Source: Nitrospirales bacterium (GTDB lineage: Bacteria; Nitrospirota; Nitrospiria; Nitrospirales; UBA8639). From it: a stretch of DNA of 64,000 nucleotides. Made by a program: the position numbers and the translations under genes. Below are positions 50,836 through 61,277 of this stretch, piece after piece (position 1 is the stretch's first letter; the number at the start of each line of letters is the position of its first letter). Below the pieces are notes generated by a model. That model searched no databases and was not told the DNA's origin. It worked only from the letters and a program-made list of their open reading frames with translations. Location: NCBI GenBank assembly GCA_963555755.3, contig OY820905.2, positions 2,720,001 to 2,784,000 of the forward strand, given 5' to 3'.

Positions 50836-51648
50836 ATGCCAATTATCAACCTGCCTTCACCTTCCGAGCTGCAGGCGTTCAAGAAAATCGCCATTGAAGC
50901 AGCCCAGGTTGGCGGCGAGATTCTGCAAAAATACGCCAAGGCAGGCTTTGCTATCGAACACAAAACTCGGTTGAGTCTGGTGACCGATGCCGACAAAGAA
51001 TCGGAACACACCATTGTCGCCTTGATCAAGAACGCCTATCCCACCCATCAAATTTTGGCCGAAGAAGAAGGGATACATTCCGATCAGCAGTCCCCGTATA
51101 AATGGGTTATTGATCCTTTGGATGGCACCACAAACTTCACCCATGGCTTCCCGTTGTATAACGTCTCGATAGGGTTGGAATATGAGGGAACATGTATTGT
51201 GGGGGTGGTGCTAGACCCGACTCGCCCCGAACTGTTTGTGGGAGTGCGAAACGAAGGGGCCACGTGCAATGGGCAACCCATTCGAGTATCTCAAGTTTCC
51301 GAGCTTGGCAAATCGTTACTCGTCACCGGATTCGGATACGATGTGGCAGAGACAGCCGACAACAATCTCGATGAGTTTTGCCGCTTCACCCTCAGAACCC
51401 AAGGCATCCGACGAACCGGCTCCGCAGCCATAGACCTATGCTACGTCGCCAGTGGGCGATTTGACGGATTTTGGGAAATGAAACTCAACCCCTGGGACAC
51501 CGCCGCTGGAGTCGTGATTCTCGAAGAAGCCGGGGGGAAACTCACGAACTACGACGGCGGGCCCTACTCCATTTACAGCAAAAAAATGATCGCCAGTAAT
51601 GGGTTGGTGCATGAACAAATCATTAAAGTATTGCAGTCGCCTGGGTAA
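50836..51648 (+). CDS. suhB: Inositol monophosphatase
   Basis: LVTDAD, WVIDPLDGTTNF, RRTGSAAIDL, PWDTAAG; exact start uncertain. Confidence 0.92.
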   Translation: MPIINLPSPSELQAFKKIAIEAAQVGGEILQKYAKAGFAIEHKTRLSLVTDADKESEHTIVALIKNAYPTHQILAEEEGIHSDQQSPYKWVIDPLDGTTNFTHGFPLYNVSIGLEYEGTCIVGVVLDPTRPELFVGVRNEGATCNGQPIRVSQVSELGKSLLVTGFGYDVAETADNNLDEFCRFTLRTQGIRRTGSAAIDLCYVASGRFDGFWEMKLNPWDTAAGVVILEEAGGKLTNYDGGPYSIYSKKMIASNGLVHEQIIKVLQSPG

Positions 51649-51698
51649 CATGCATCGAAAGATCATCCGCCCTTAACTACTTATATAGTAGGTGAGAA

Positions 51699-51932
51699 AT
51701 GGAGCAACGATTTCGGGATATGATCCTCGCCCACTCTGGGGAAGACCGATTAAAGATGGGATGTTCCATGCATGCAATGGCGCAAGCACGAGTTAAAGCA
51801 TCACTAAAAGAAAGAAACCCAAATTTTACGCTGAGTGAACTACGGCAAGAACTCTTTCTCCGATTTTATGAAAAAGATTTTGATTCAAAAACGATTGAGA
51901 AAATATTAACTTATTTGGAAATTTCAAAATGA
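51699..51932 (+). CDS. Small hypothetical protein (possibly an orphan antitoxin-like gene)
   Basis: AT-rich 77-aa ORF with SGEDRLKMGCSM and ELRQELFLRFY. Confidence 0.5.
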   Translation: MEQRFRDMILAHSGEDRLKMGCSMHAMAQARVKASLKERNPNFTLSELRQELFLRFYEKDFDSKTIEKILTYLEISK

Positions 51933-52089
51933 TTTTCCTGCTTCGACTGGCCTATCCTGAGCAAAGTCGAAGGGCTCAGCACGAACGGATGTTTTTCCTC
52001 TTCGTCCTGCCGCCCTCGAAACCTATCCAGAACTTTGTCGAAGGGGACAAACCGGGATCTTTAAATCTGAAACGTAAGGGCCCTTGCAC

Positions 52090-52902
52090 ATGAAATACTT
52101 GGTAAAATTTCTTCTTTTAATCGTAGGACTTGGCATTATCGCGATCATCGTTGTGAGTATGTCGTTAAATGGACTCGTCAAATCCGGCGTCGAGACTATG
52201 GGCCCGAAAATGATGGGAGTCCCAGTTACCTTGGGCGAGGTGGACATCTCCCTACTGTCTGGTGGTACAGACATGCGGGCCAGTCTCAACGAACTCATCA
52301 TTAAAAATCCTGAAGAGTATGAGACCGACTATGCATTTTCCCTCCCAAGCATTCGCATCAGGGTGAATCGCAACTCTGTGTTGACTGATACCGTCATCGT
52401 CGAAGAAATATTGATCGAAGGCCCGGCCATCACTTTCGAAGGTTCATTGCTGGGCAGTAATCTTGGCGATATTCAAGACAACCTCACACGCAACACTCGA
52501 CCTGTTTCAAATCACGAAGCGAAAGAGGAAGAGAAGGATGAAAAGCATGAGGAAGGGGACGAACCAGAGCCAGAGCCAGAGAAAAAGGTTCACATAAAAA
52601 AAGTAACCATAAAAAATGCCACGATCAACCTGAGCCTCTTCGGCGGGAAAATCGATCCCATTCAATTGACCTTGCCAGATTTTGAACTACACGATATTGG
52701 CAAAGAATCCGGTGGCACCAGCTTCCAAAAAGCGTCAGCCAAAATTTTCGATGCGATTTATGCCTCCACCATCAAAGCCGTCATGAAGTCCGGCAAGCTC
52801 ATTCCCAAGAGCCTGGAGGAGTTCGGAAAAACAGCTGAGGAATTGGGGGAGTCGGCGGAGAAGGTGGGGAAGGAACTATTAAAAGGTTTATTTAATAAAT
52901 AA
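52090..52902 (+). CDS. AsmA-like membrane-anchored protein
   Basis: N-terminal TM, G.PVTLGEVDISLLSG, L.IKNPEEY, L.LPDFELHDIGK. Confidence 0.7.
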   Translation: MKYLVKFLLLIVGLGIIAIIVVSMSLNGLVKSGVETMGPKMMGVPVTLGEVDISLLSGGTDMRASLNELIIKNPEEYETDYAFSLPSIRIRVNRNSVLTDTVIVEEILIEGPAITFEGSLLGSNLGDIQDNLTRNTRPVSNHEAKEEEKDEKHEEGDEPEPEPEKKVHIKKVTIKNATINLSLFGGKIDPIQLTLPDFELHDIGKESGGTSFQKASAKIFDAIYASTIKAVMKSGKLIPKSLEEFGKTAEELGESAEKVGKELLKGLFNK

Positions 52903-53101
52903 TGATAAGCAACAGGCTTTACGAATTGTCATTTCGACCAGAGGGAGAAATCTAGTTTTTTCTTACCCCTTGGTCACAATTTGAAAGATTAAAACTAATA
53001 GGATTTCGCTGAAATTTATCTTTGCCGGGTTTCGCCCCGGCATATAATAAAACTGGATTCCGATTTTGGGAAATAGTGGAGTGACGTGCTAGAAAATAAA
53101 C

Positions 53102-53431
53102 TTAGGGAGCAAACGTTTCAGCAAGAACCGCCAAAACTTTTTGCGCGGCGGAAGATTTAATTTTCCCCAGTCGCCTCACCAACCGTTTTTTGTCTACCGT
53201 CCGAATTTGATCAAGGACGATGTAGCCTTTCTTTCCTTGGAAGGTCACGGGCACACGAGTAGGATAGGCACGGCCCTTGGTAGTCATCGGGGCAATAATC
53301 ACGGTATCAATGGTGTGGATCATCTCATCGGGAGAGATAACCAATCCGGGGCGGGTTTTACGAAGTTCGCGGCCAACGGTAGGATCTAACGTGACAAGGT
53401 GAACCTCAAAACGAGAAACTACCAAGTCCAT
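53102..53431 (-). CDS. mazF: PemK/MazF-family toxin
   Basis: LDPTVGRE.RKTRP.LVISP, IIAPMTT, LDQIRTVDK.RL. Confidence 0.92.
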   Translation of the reverse strand: MDLVVSRFEVHLVTLDPTVGRELRKTRPGLVISPDEMIHTIDTVIIAPMTTKGRAYPTRVPVTFQGKKGYIVLDQIRTVDKKRLVRRLGKIKSSAAQKVLAVLAETFAP

Positions 53432-53673
53432 TCAGTCCTATCCCATTCAGAATCGGAAGGTAGGAAAGGATAGAGAAGCTGGTCTTCATTCTTAGAAGCC
53501 ATTTGCTCAAATGACTGTTTCCAGCCTGTTCTTGGTTTAGTCAGAGACCGGATCACGAGTTGCCCGTTTTGTACTTCCAATTCAATGGAATCCTCTAATT
53601 GGCATTGTTTTAAAAGGGTTTTAGGGATCCGAATGCCACGAGAATTTCCGATTTTGACAACATGGGTTTTCAT
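53419..53673 (-). CDS. mazE: AbrB/MazE-family antitoxin
   Basis: VVKIGNSRGIRIPK; overlaps the toxin start. Confidence 0.9.
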   Translation of the reverse strand: MKTHVVKIGNSRGIRIPKTLLKQCQLEDSIELEVQNGQLVIRSLTKPRTGWKQSFEQMASKNEDQLLYPFLPSDSEWDRTEWTW

Positions 53674-53797
53674 GAAATCCACCAATAAAGTTTTTTTAAT
53701 AATTACTTTGTAATTACATCAGAAACCCGTAAGTGTCAAGGCAAGCCAAGAACCACACTTTTTTAAGTGGTTGGTCATCCAATTCATATCAAATCTT

Positions 53798-54016
53798 TGG
53801 ATGCTCCCGCCTTCTGCGTGGCCGAGAAGCGCACCCGAGCCCGGCAGTTCGGCGAGCACTGTCTGAGCGTAGCGAGTTGCGCAGCCGCCGGGCTCGGGGT
53901 GAATCGCAGGGAATCCGAAGGACCACGCAGGGCGAAAGTGGTTTTGGGTCCTTTTGCCGAAACAAAAGAGCTGAGCCAACGCCGAAGGAACCTCGTCGGC
54001 TGGGGCGAAACCCCGC
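53798..54016. repeat. GC-rich, highly structured intergenic element of unknown family
   Basis: Nested stems ccttctgcgtgg/ccacgcagggcg, cccgagcccggc/gccgggctcggg, cttttg/caaaag; terminal ggggcgaaacccc. Confidence 0.55.
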
Positions 54017-54322
54017 ATATACTCACTTTGAACCAATCCTGAATCAAATAGTTCAAAAAACCCCTATCTCCTGCCACCTGACCTTCTTACCCCTCCCCCC
54101 CCTAATTCGGGGGGTGTTTCACCCTATGGTATCGCTTTCCGTTTCGTTCAATTGACCGCTAAAAAAACCGTGTGGTATCGTGGCATGATTAGGTGTTTTC
54201 CCGTTTTTTCGCTGCCTGGGCTTATTTAGCAAATAGTGGCCAGTGCAAGAAATAATGAACGGAAACAAGCCTTATCCAAATTTTTAAAGAAAGTTGCCCC
54301 AAAAACCTAATGGGACTGTTGA

Positions 54323-55417
54323 ATGGCTGATTATGTTGGTGAACAGATTGCGGCGTTACGGGATGAAGATTGGGGTATTCGAGAGGATGCCGCCCTGGCG
54401 TTGGGGCAATCCGGTGATTCACGAGGAGTTCGCCCGTTGATTGAGGCATTACGAGATTCTGACAAAGCGGTTCAAACGGCTGCCACATCAGCTCTTAGCT
54501 CCATTGGGGCATCGGCTGTCGTGGATTTGGGAAGTTGCTTGCGTGATCCGGACTTGTCGGTTCAAGAAGCTGCGGCTTCCATTTTATCATCGATTGCGGA
54601 TGAACGAGTCGTTGAGCCCTTAATGTCGGCCTTGTTAAGTGAAGACTGGGTCGTCCGCATGCACGCGGCACGTGCAATTGGTCGCATGGCCAGTTCACAG
54701 GCGGTGGACACGTTGGTCCTGCTCCTTCAGGACAAAGTCCCCTCCGTTCGTGATGAGGCCATGATTGCGCTGAAAGCGATCGGGGAACAGGCTGTGTTAC
54801 CCCTGCTGACCGCCCTTAGGGATAAGAACTGGCGAGTGCGGCTCAAGGCCACCGAGGCCTTAGGTGTGTTGGGATCGAAAACGACAGTGCAGCCGCTTTT
54901 GGATATCGTCAAAGAGGATCCGGATACCGCTGTTCGTCAAGATGCAATTCGAGCACTTGGCACTATCGGTGATCCGTCCGCGACGGAACCGTTACTACGA
55001 GAACTGGACACACCTCGCCACCAGATACAAGCGATAGAAGCGTTAGGCAAAATTGGTGACCGGCGAACGGTGCCGACTCTCATGAAGTTGGTCACCCTTT
55101 TGGACCCAAGCCAGTATGAAGGACGGGCTCCTTCCTGTGAGGATGAACGGTATGAGAGGGATTTGCCTGTAGTGGAATCGGCCATTCGTTCGCTGGCGCA
55201 ATTAAAGGATGATCGAGCCATTCCGGTACTCATTCAGGCACTTCAAAGTACGCTCGTTCGAAAAGAAGCAGCAGAAGCGCTAAGCGCATTGGGCAGCAAG
55301 GCAGCGATTCCCCCTCTGTTCGAGCTTTTTAAGAAGGAACCGGACGAAAACATACGATTTTATGTAAAAGATACCCTCATGCGTCTGGGTTGGAACCCCA
55401 ATCGGATCCGACTCTAG
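54323..55417 (+). CDS. HEAT-repeat (PBS-lyase-like) protein 1
   Basis: About ten repeats such as ALRDEDWGIREDAALALG. Confidence 0.9.
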   Translation: MADYVGEQIAALRDEDWGIREDAALALGQSGDSRGVRPLIEALRDSDKAVQTAATSALSSIGASAVVDLGSCLRDPDLSVQEAAASILSSIADERVVEPLMSALLSEDWVVRMHAARAIGRMASSQAVDTLVLLLQDKVPSVRDEAMIALKAIGEQAVLPLLTALRDKNWRVRLKATEALGVLGSKTTVQPLLDIVKEDPDTAVRQDAIRALGTIGDPSATEPLLRELDTPRHQIQAIEALGKIGDRRTVPTLMKLVTLLDPSQYEGRAPSCEDERYERDLPVVESAIRSLAQLKDDRAIPVLIQALQSTLVRKEAAEALSALGSKAAIPPLFELFKKEPDENIRFYVKDTLMRLGWNPNRIRL

Positions 55418-55451
55418 AGTTAAGGACAGGTAGGGGACCCAGGATAATACG

Positions 55452-56549
55452 ATGCCAAAAGAAACCGTTGAAATTATCATCACCGAGTTGGCCCATGAAG
55501 AAGATTGGCGCCGAATGCGAGCCACAGCCACCAGTTTAAAAGGTGGCCCCAAAGTCGTGGATCTCATCATTAAGGAAATTCAGGTCGGATCCCCTTCCTA
55601 TAAAGTTGCCGCAGCGAAAATGTTGGCACGAATTCGAGACCCCAGGGCTGGAGTCCCTCTGGTGAACTTATTGGGCGGGGAAGAGGAAGGCGTTCGGGAT
55701 GCGGTCGTTGAGTCCTTAGAGCAGATGGCCGGGATTCTTGATGAACCCACCGCAGCAGCTCTTGTTGATCTGTTAAAAACCGAAGCCCTTCGATCGGTCG
55801 TGACGTCCTTATTGGGAGTGATTCCAACCTCTATTGGTCCGTTAACCGCAATGTTGAAAGATCCTGATGAAGAGGCACGGGTACAGGCTGCGGATATTCT
55901 CGACCATTTACTGGATCCCCGGTCCGCGGATGCGTTAGTTGATGCGATGGCTGATCCGGCGATTCAGAATACGGCAGTCCAGACATTGAAAAAGCTTGGG
56001 GCGGTTCGCGATCGCATTGATCAGGTGATGAACCGATTAAGCAGCGTAGAAGAAACTGAACTTCGGGAAGGCGCTCGGCAGGAAGCTGTGTTTAGCCTCC
56101 ATCCGATTGGCCGTCCGAGTGTCGAGATCCTCATTGAATATCTTGAAGATGACGATTGGGTCGTGCGTGAGGCCGCCGCTGATGTTTTGGGAAAAATCGG
56201 GGATGTGCGAGCTGTGGAACCGCTTATTGAACGGTTGCGGAATGACCAGGATACCGGCGTGAAAGAATTAGCCGCGAAAGGGTTGGGGCTCATTGGTGAT
56301 TCCCGACCCGTTGACTTGCTCGTTGAAATGATTCCCATCAAAGTTCTTCGTATACTCGCGGTGGAAGCGTTGGAAAAGATCAAAGATATTGAAGCCTTGC
56401 GGCCTCATGCCGAGATCTTTAAACGATTAAAAACTGATCGTGATGGCTTGGTGTCCTATAATTCCGGAATAATTGTGGATAAGTTGGAAGCCGCTGCGGC
56501 TCAATTGGACGAAGATTTTTGGCTAGCGAAGGAGAATGTGAATGGCTGA
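55452..56549 (+). CDS. HEAT-repeat protein 2
   Basis: LEDDDWVVREAAADVLGKIGD and related repeats. Confidence 0.9.
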   Translation: MPKETVEIIITELAHEEDWRRMRATATSLKGGPKVVDLIIKEIQVGSPSYKVAAAKMLARIRDPRAGVPLVNLLGGEEEGVRDAVVESLEQMAGILDEPTAAALVDLLKTEALRSVVTSLLGVIPTSIGPLTAMLKDPDEEARVQAADILDHLLDPRSADALVDAMADPAIQNTAVQTLKKLGAVRDRIDQVMNRLSSVEETELREGARQEAVFSLHPIGRPSVEILIEYLEDDDWVVREAAADVLGKIGDVRAVEPLIERLRNDQDTGVKELAAKGLGLIGDSRPVDLLVEMIPIKVLRILAVEALEKIKDIEALRPHAEIFKRLKTDRDGLVSYNSGIIVDKLEAAAAQLDEDFWLAKENVNG

Positions 56550-57297
56550 TAGTGATCGGATAGAACAACTGTTATTATCGCTCCGCGATGAGAATGAAGG
56601 TTTGAGAAATCATGCGGCTACAGGACTTGGGCAAGTCGGAGAGTCCGCAATTCCTAAATTGATTGAGTTGTTTGAGGATGATGATTTAGTGATACGGGAG
56701 GCCGCAGTGAGCGCCGTTGTCCAAGTCGGCGAACCGGCTATTGCCCCGCTCATTGAAGCGCTTGAGGAAGATGGATGGGCCATTCGCGAACAAGCCGCCT
56801 CGGCATTGGGAAAGCTGAAAACTCCTGAAGCGGTGGATCCATTGGTGAAAGCGCTGAAGGATAAAGATGGTGGGGTGCGAACAGCAGCCGTCTGGGCATT
56901 AGAACGGATCGGGGATGCTCGCGCGGTTCCTGGCTTGGTTGAATGTCTGATGGATAAAATGCTCAGCGAAGATGTTGCCCGCGTCTTGAAAAAAATTGGC
57001 GATGAGCGCGCCACGGATGCCTTGATTGATGGGTTGCAAGGACCGAATTGGATCGTGCGTCGCCATGCAGCGGAGGCACTTGGTAAGATTGGCGATGCCA
57101 AGGGATATGGTGCGCTGGTTGAAGCGCTGTCTGACGAAGACTGGTTGGTCCGGCGGAATGCCGTCGAAGCCTTGGCGCGGTTTGGTGATACACGGGCGAT
57201 CGAGCCCGTGGTTCTGTTACTTGAAGACGAAAACGAAATGGTTCGAGATACCGCAGAAGGTGTGTTGGTAAGCTTGGGATGGAAGCCCAAGACGTGA
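56542..57297 (+). CDS. HEAT-repeat protein 3
   Basis: About eight repeats; overlaps the previous stop; GGAG RBS. Confidence 0.9.
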   Translation: MADSDRIEQLLLSLRDENEGLRNHAATGLGQVGESAIPKLIELFEDDDLVIREAAVSAVVQVGEPAIAPLIEALEEDGWAIREQAASALGKLKTPEAVDPLVKALKDKDGGVRTAAVWALERIGDARAVPGLVECLMDKMLSEDVARVLKKIGDERATDALIDGLQGPNWIVRRHAAEALGKIGDAKGYGALVEALSDEDWLVRRNAVEALARFGDTRAIEPVVLLLEDENEMVRDTAEGVLVSLGWKPKT

Positions 57298-57398
57298 TAG
57301 AAAAGACTATTCGGTTAAGAGACAATTCAGAACAAGAAATTGCAAGGTAGTCAACACGGTGGTGTTCGGCACCTGAATATGAGGGAGGAGAAGTACCC

Positions 57399-58073
57399 AT
57401 GGCAGATCCAGTAAAGCTTTTTCAAATATCTCCGAAGCACGCCAAAAAAGGCGAGGGGTTCAATATTGTGACAGAAAATGTCACGGCGATTAATCTGGAG
57501 GCACATCAAATTGAGATTGAGTTGTTAGCCTACGATGGCAAGACCGTATTGCTCGATGTGGCAGAGGAAGCGTGGGAAGATCTTCAGCGGATCAAAACCG
57601 GTGACGGGGCCACGCTTCGGGTCATTGAAGTAGAAGGCAAACGGTTTGTGAACCAATTCCGTATTCGTACCAAAGACCCCAACATGGTTAAATTGGATTC
57701 GGCATTGATGGATCTCAAGGATACCCATTGGCTCAACCGCAAATATGCCGTAGAAGTATTGGGCGAACTCAAAGCTGTCGAAGCTGTTGATGAATTAGTG
57801 GCCTGTCTGGAAGATGATGTGGGGGATGTGCGGAACCGATCATATGATGCGCTGATCAAAATCGGAGCCCCCTCGGTTTCAAAAATCATTCCGTTGTTGG
57901 TCTCTGAAGAAGATGAGCTACGTCAAAATGCCACGGAAATCCTTCGGAAGATTGGCAAGCCGGCTGTGGAGCCTTTGGCCACAGCGCTCGTGGATGCAGA
58001 CGCCGCCCTGAAAAAACGGATTATGAAAGTCTTGGATCGAATGGGATATAAACCGAAGGAAGCCACTGCGTGA
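57399..58073 (+). CDS. HEAT-repeat protein 4 with a beta-rich N-terminal domain
   Basis: GGAGG RBS; VTAIN...IEIEL...TVLLDV...IKTGDGATLRV followed by HEAT repeats. Confidence 0.85.
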   Translation: MADPVKLFQISPKHAKKGEGFNIVTENVTAINLEAHQIEIELLAYDGKTVLLDVAEEAWEDLQRIKTGDGATLRVIEVEGKRFVNQFRIRTKDPNMVKLDSALMDLKDTHWLNRKYAVEVLGELKAVEAVDELVACLEDDVGDVRNRSYDALIKIGAPSVSKIIPLLVSEEDELRQNATEILRKIGKPAVEPLATALVDADAALKKRIMKVLDRMGYKPKEATA

Positions 58074-58084
58074 GGCGTAAGATG

Positions 58085-58136
58085 GAACCCCGTAAGGGGT
58101 AAGGACCTTTCTTTATTCCTTACCCTTCCGGGGTTC
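58085..58136. terminator. Strong hairpin between convergent genes
   Basis: gaaccccg..gggtaagga / tccttaccc..cggggttc; lacks a clear U-tract. Confidence 0.45.
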
Positions 58137-58146
58137 GTCAACTATC

Positions 58147-59478
58147 TTAGGATGACTTCAGCGGATTGATTCCTGCTGAGGCCCGTCCTACCGAGACATA
58201 GTAAAAACCTTTTTCTGCCACTTTCTCCGGTTCGTAGACATTCCGAAGGTCAATCAAAATTGGTGCCCGAAGCAGTGTTTTCATTTGGTCAAAGTCTAGG
58301 TTTCGGAATTGGTTCCATTCCGTAGCGAGGACAATGGCATCAGCTCCATCTGCGGCATCGTAGGCATCTTTACATCCTATCAGTCCTGTGAGGTTTTTCA
58401 CCGATTCCTCTTGGCCTTCAGGATCGTGGGCTCGCACGGTACAGCCTTCCTTCATCAGATGTTCGGCAATCATGAGTGCCGGGGAATCGCGTAAATCGTC
58501 CGTGTTGGGTTTAAAAGACAGCCCCAACAATGCGATCGTTTTCCCTTGCACACCATCCAGGGTCTCTCGAATCTTATCAACCATCCGGCCGCCTTGTTGT
58601 TCATTCACGCGTTGGGCAGTGGCGGCCAACTTCATTTCATAGCCAGCTTGTTCTCCAATGTGCACGAGGGCTGCCGTGTCCTTACCAAAACACGATCCAC
58701 CATAACCAGGACCCGCGTGCAAAAACTTTGAACCAATCCGTTTATCCAACCCCATGGCTTTCGCCACGGTTTGCACATTGGCATCCACCAATTCGCACAA
58801 ATTGGCCACTTCGTTGATAAAGGAAATTTTGGTCGCCAAGAATACGTTAGACGCATACTTGATCATTTCCGCGGTAGGAACATTCGTAATAACTATTGGG
58901 GTCTCAAGCAAGTACAAGGGGCGATACAGATCCTTCATGATCGCGGCTGCCTGATCGCTATCCACGCCAATGACGACACGATCCGGTCGCATGAAGTCTC
59001 CAATTGCCGAACCCTCGCGTAAGAATTCAGGATTCGAGGCCACATCAAAATTAATGGGTCTGGCTTGATTGCTCTTGATCAATTCCCGCACACGTTTGGC
59101 TGTACCCACCGGAACGGTCGATTTCGTCACCACGACCTTATACCCAGTCATCCGGCTGCCGATGCTTCGCGCCACTTCATCCACGTAGGAGAGGTCGGCA
59201 GAACCGTCAGGCCTGGAAGGGGTCCCGACCGCGATAAAGATCACCAGTGCGGTATCCAGAGCGGAATTCAAATCCGTGGAAAATTTCAAGTGTCCTGATT
59301 TGCGACCTTTGGCCACCAATTCGGCTAACCCAGGTTCATAAAACGGCACTTCGCCATTTTCTAATTTTTCAATACGTGTCGGGTCTACATCCATGCACGT
59401 GACGGTTAAACCGAATTCTGCAAAGCAGGCCCCTGTCACTAATCCCACATACCCCGTTCCAAGTACGCTAATATGCAT
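58147..59478 (-). CDS. ugd: UDP-glucose 6-dehydrogenase
   Basis: GTGYVGL, IAVGTP, KSTVPVGT, SNPEFLREG, GYGGSCF, FKPNTDDLRDS. Confidence 0.95.
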   Translation of the reverse strand: MHISVLGTGYVGLVTGACFAEFGLTVTCMDVDPTRIEKLENGEVPFYEPGLAELVAKGRKSGHLKFSTDLNSALDTALVIFIAVGTPSRPDGSADLSYVDEVARSIGSRMTGYKVVVTKSTVPVGTAKRVRELIKSNQARPINFDVASNPEFLREGSAIGDFMRPDRVVIGVDSDQAAAIMKDLYRPLYLLETPIVITNVPTAEMIKYASNVFLATKISFINEVANLCELVDANVQTVAKAMGLDKRIGSKFLHAGPGYGGSCFGKDTAALVHIGEQAGYEMKLAATAQRVNEQQGGRMVDKIRETLDGVQGKTIALLGLSFKPNTDDLRDSPALMIAEHLMKEGCTVRAHDPEGQEESVKNLTGLIGCKDAYDAADGADAIVLATEWNQFRNLDFDQMKTLLRAPILIDLRNVYEPEKVAEKGFYYVSVGRASAGINPLKSS

Positions 59479-59702
59479 AACAACCTCTTAAAAAGTGAGA
59501 ACTAATAGAAACACTGTACTAATTCCAATGGTTTATTCAAAAACTGAGAACGACAATTCCAGGTTCCCATTCAGATCCCCTTAAGTCAATGCCTTGGGGC
59601 TTTGGTCTCCGAGGAAACACTCAATAAATCGGCATCAGGGTGTCGAAACTTAAGCAAACAAGCATGTACCTGAAATTACGGCCAAAAGACCCTGATCCCT
59701 CC

Positions 59703-59732
59703 TTGACACGGTATTATTACGGAAACTAGAAT
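59703..59732 (+). promoter_or_regulatory. Sigma70 promoter of tRNA-Gly
   Basis: TTGACA-N18-TAGAAT ending 27 nt before the tRNA. Confidence 0.65.
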
Positions 59733-59759
59733 CGAAATCTACCTAACTTTATCTGGAGA

Positions 59760-59834
59760 GCGGGAATAGCTCAGTGGTAGAGCATCGCCTTGCCAAGGCG
59801 AGGGTCGAGGGTTCAAATCCCTTTTCCCGCTCCA
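59760..59834 (+). tRNA. tRNA-Gly(GCC)
   Basis: gcgggaatagctcagtggtagagca-tcgcc-ttGCCaa-ggcga...ggttcaaatcc...ttcccgctcca. Confidence 0.97.
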
Positions 59835-60065
59835 ATCTTTTCAAGGACTTCCAGTGGAAGAAGAGAAAGCCGAATCGGTAGGGGTTAGATAGGTGTTAAG
59901 TTTGGAAGCGGCTTTGAGAAGATCGCCTTCAGAAATGCCGTTATAACGCCTGTGCATCTGCTCAGATTTATGGCCCACAATTTTCATGGCCGTAATCGTG
60001 TCTGCCCCAGCTCGCCGAAGGTTTGTAGCTGCAGGCGTTGTTGCATAATTGGCCTGTAATGTTGG

Positions 60066-61198
60066 GTGTCGTTACAATGGCTCATGACACACAACGCATA
60101 TAATTTCCGATACCGTGTTTGTCAATGGCACCACTATAATCAGGCCCTCATAGGTCGGGGCGGAATTACCTTCTGGATCGACAAAGCCGCACTAACGACG
60201 TGGCCAAACACCCAGGGTCACAGTGGAGCTGGTGCACCTAGGATCCACTCGGATACGGCGATACCATGCGCAGTGGTTGTGAAGAGTGTTTACCACTTCA
60301 TCCTGCGGGCCGCTCAAGGGTTTGTATCCTCGGTGATGAGTCTCATGAGACTCGACCTGCCGGTGCCGAACTATAGCACAGTTTGTCGGCGACAAGGCTC
60401 ACTCAAAGTCCCAATTTTATCCTCACCAAATAACAGGCCCCGTCACATTGTCATTGATGCCACAGGTCTTCGGGTCTACGGAGCAGGGGAGTGGTCCGTC
60501 CACGAGCATCGAGGCAGTCGACGACGGATCTGGCGCAAACTTCATCTGGGATTCGATAAACACACTAAAGAGATTGTGGCTGTTGAGATTACCGCAAGCC
60601 ACGTTCATGATAGCCTGATGCTTCCTTCGTTGTTGATGCAGATTCCCGGTAAGGTGTATCAGGATTCCGGGGATGAGGCCTACGACACCAAGGCCTGCTA
60701 TGAATCCGTTGGCCAGAGCCGAGCGAAAGCCACAATTCCCCCTCGGCGTATCGCGAAGCGGATGAAGTGTTCTCACCCTCCCGAAAAGCTCGCCCTCCGG
60801 GATACCAATCTTCGTCATATTCAGCAGCAAGGCCGGTATGGCTGGTGCCTAGCCAGTGGTGGTACACAACAGAGTTTGGCGGAGAATGCCGTGTTTCCGT
60901 TTAACCTAGAAACGGCAGTTGGGCGCAAAAAAGCCGTGTAAGGTATTGGCGTACATGGTGAAATAAAAAAAGTCGAGGTCACCTCGGTGGTGATGAGACA
61001 TTTTTTTATTTTGCCAGGTGCGTCAAGAACTTGCGCGGACTTTTGTGATCCAACTGCTGTTTCTAGGTTTAATGCTCTCTTCGGCCCAAAACTGCAAGCT
61101 CGGCGGTTTAAAATCAGAAGGGGGAAGGACTGATGAAACGCGACATTTTAAATCGAATGACGAGTTTGGGTATGCCGATGTCAGAGAGAATTTATTGA
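60066..61198 (+). pseudogene. IS5-family transposase pseudogene
   Basis: YNQAL..RG.ITFW, VP.YSTVCRR, IDATGL.VYGAGEW, WRKLHLG; continues after the MITE as ALFGPKLQARRF...ILNRMTSLGMP with a frameshift. Confidence 0.85.
60905..61067. mobile_element. MITE family E (163 bp), copy 2
   Basis: cctagaaacggcagttgg / ccaactgctgtttctagg; perfect 5-bp TSD TTTAA. Confidence 0.92.
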
Positions 61199-61277
61199 GC
61201 CGGCGAACGAGGCCGCAAAACCAGCTGCGATTGTGAAGTATGCAACAACGCCTCCTTTCAAGGAAAGGAAACTTGCA

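Larger units (their letters stand above)
60034..61252 (+). mobile_element. IS5-family (IS903-like) element, decayed and interrupted by a MITE
   Basis: 14-bp TIRs ggcgttgttgcata / tatgcaacaacgcc; 1051 bp after removing the MITE and its TSD. Confidence 0.85.

Noticed and set aside
56610..57290. Long antisense ORFs opposite HEAT, topA, mreB, leuC and transposase genes
   Set aside because: They are shadow frames of strongly supported genes and have no recognisable motifs.
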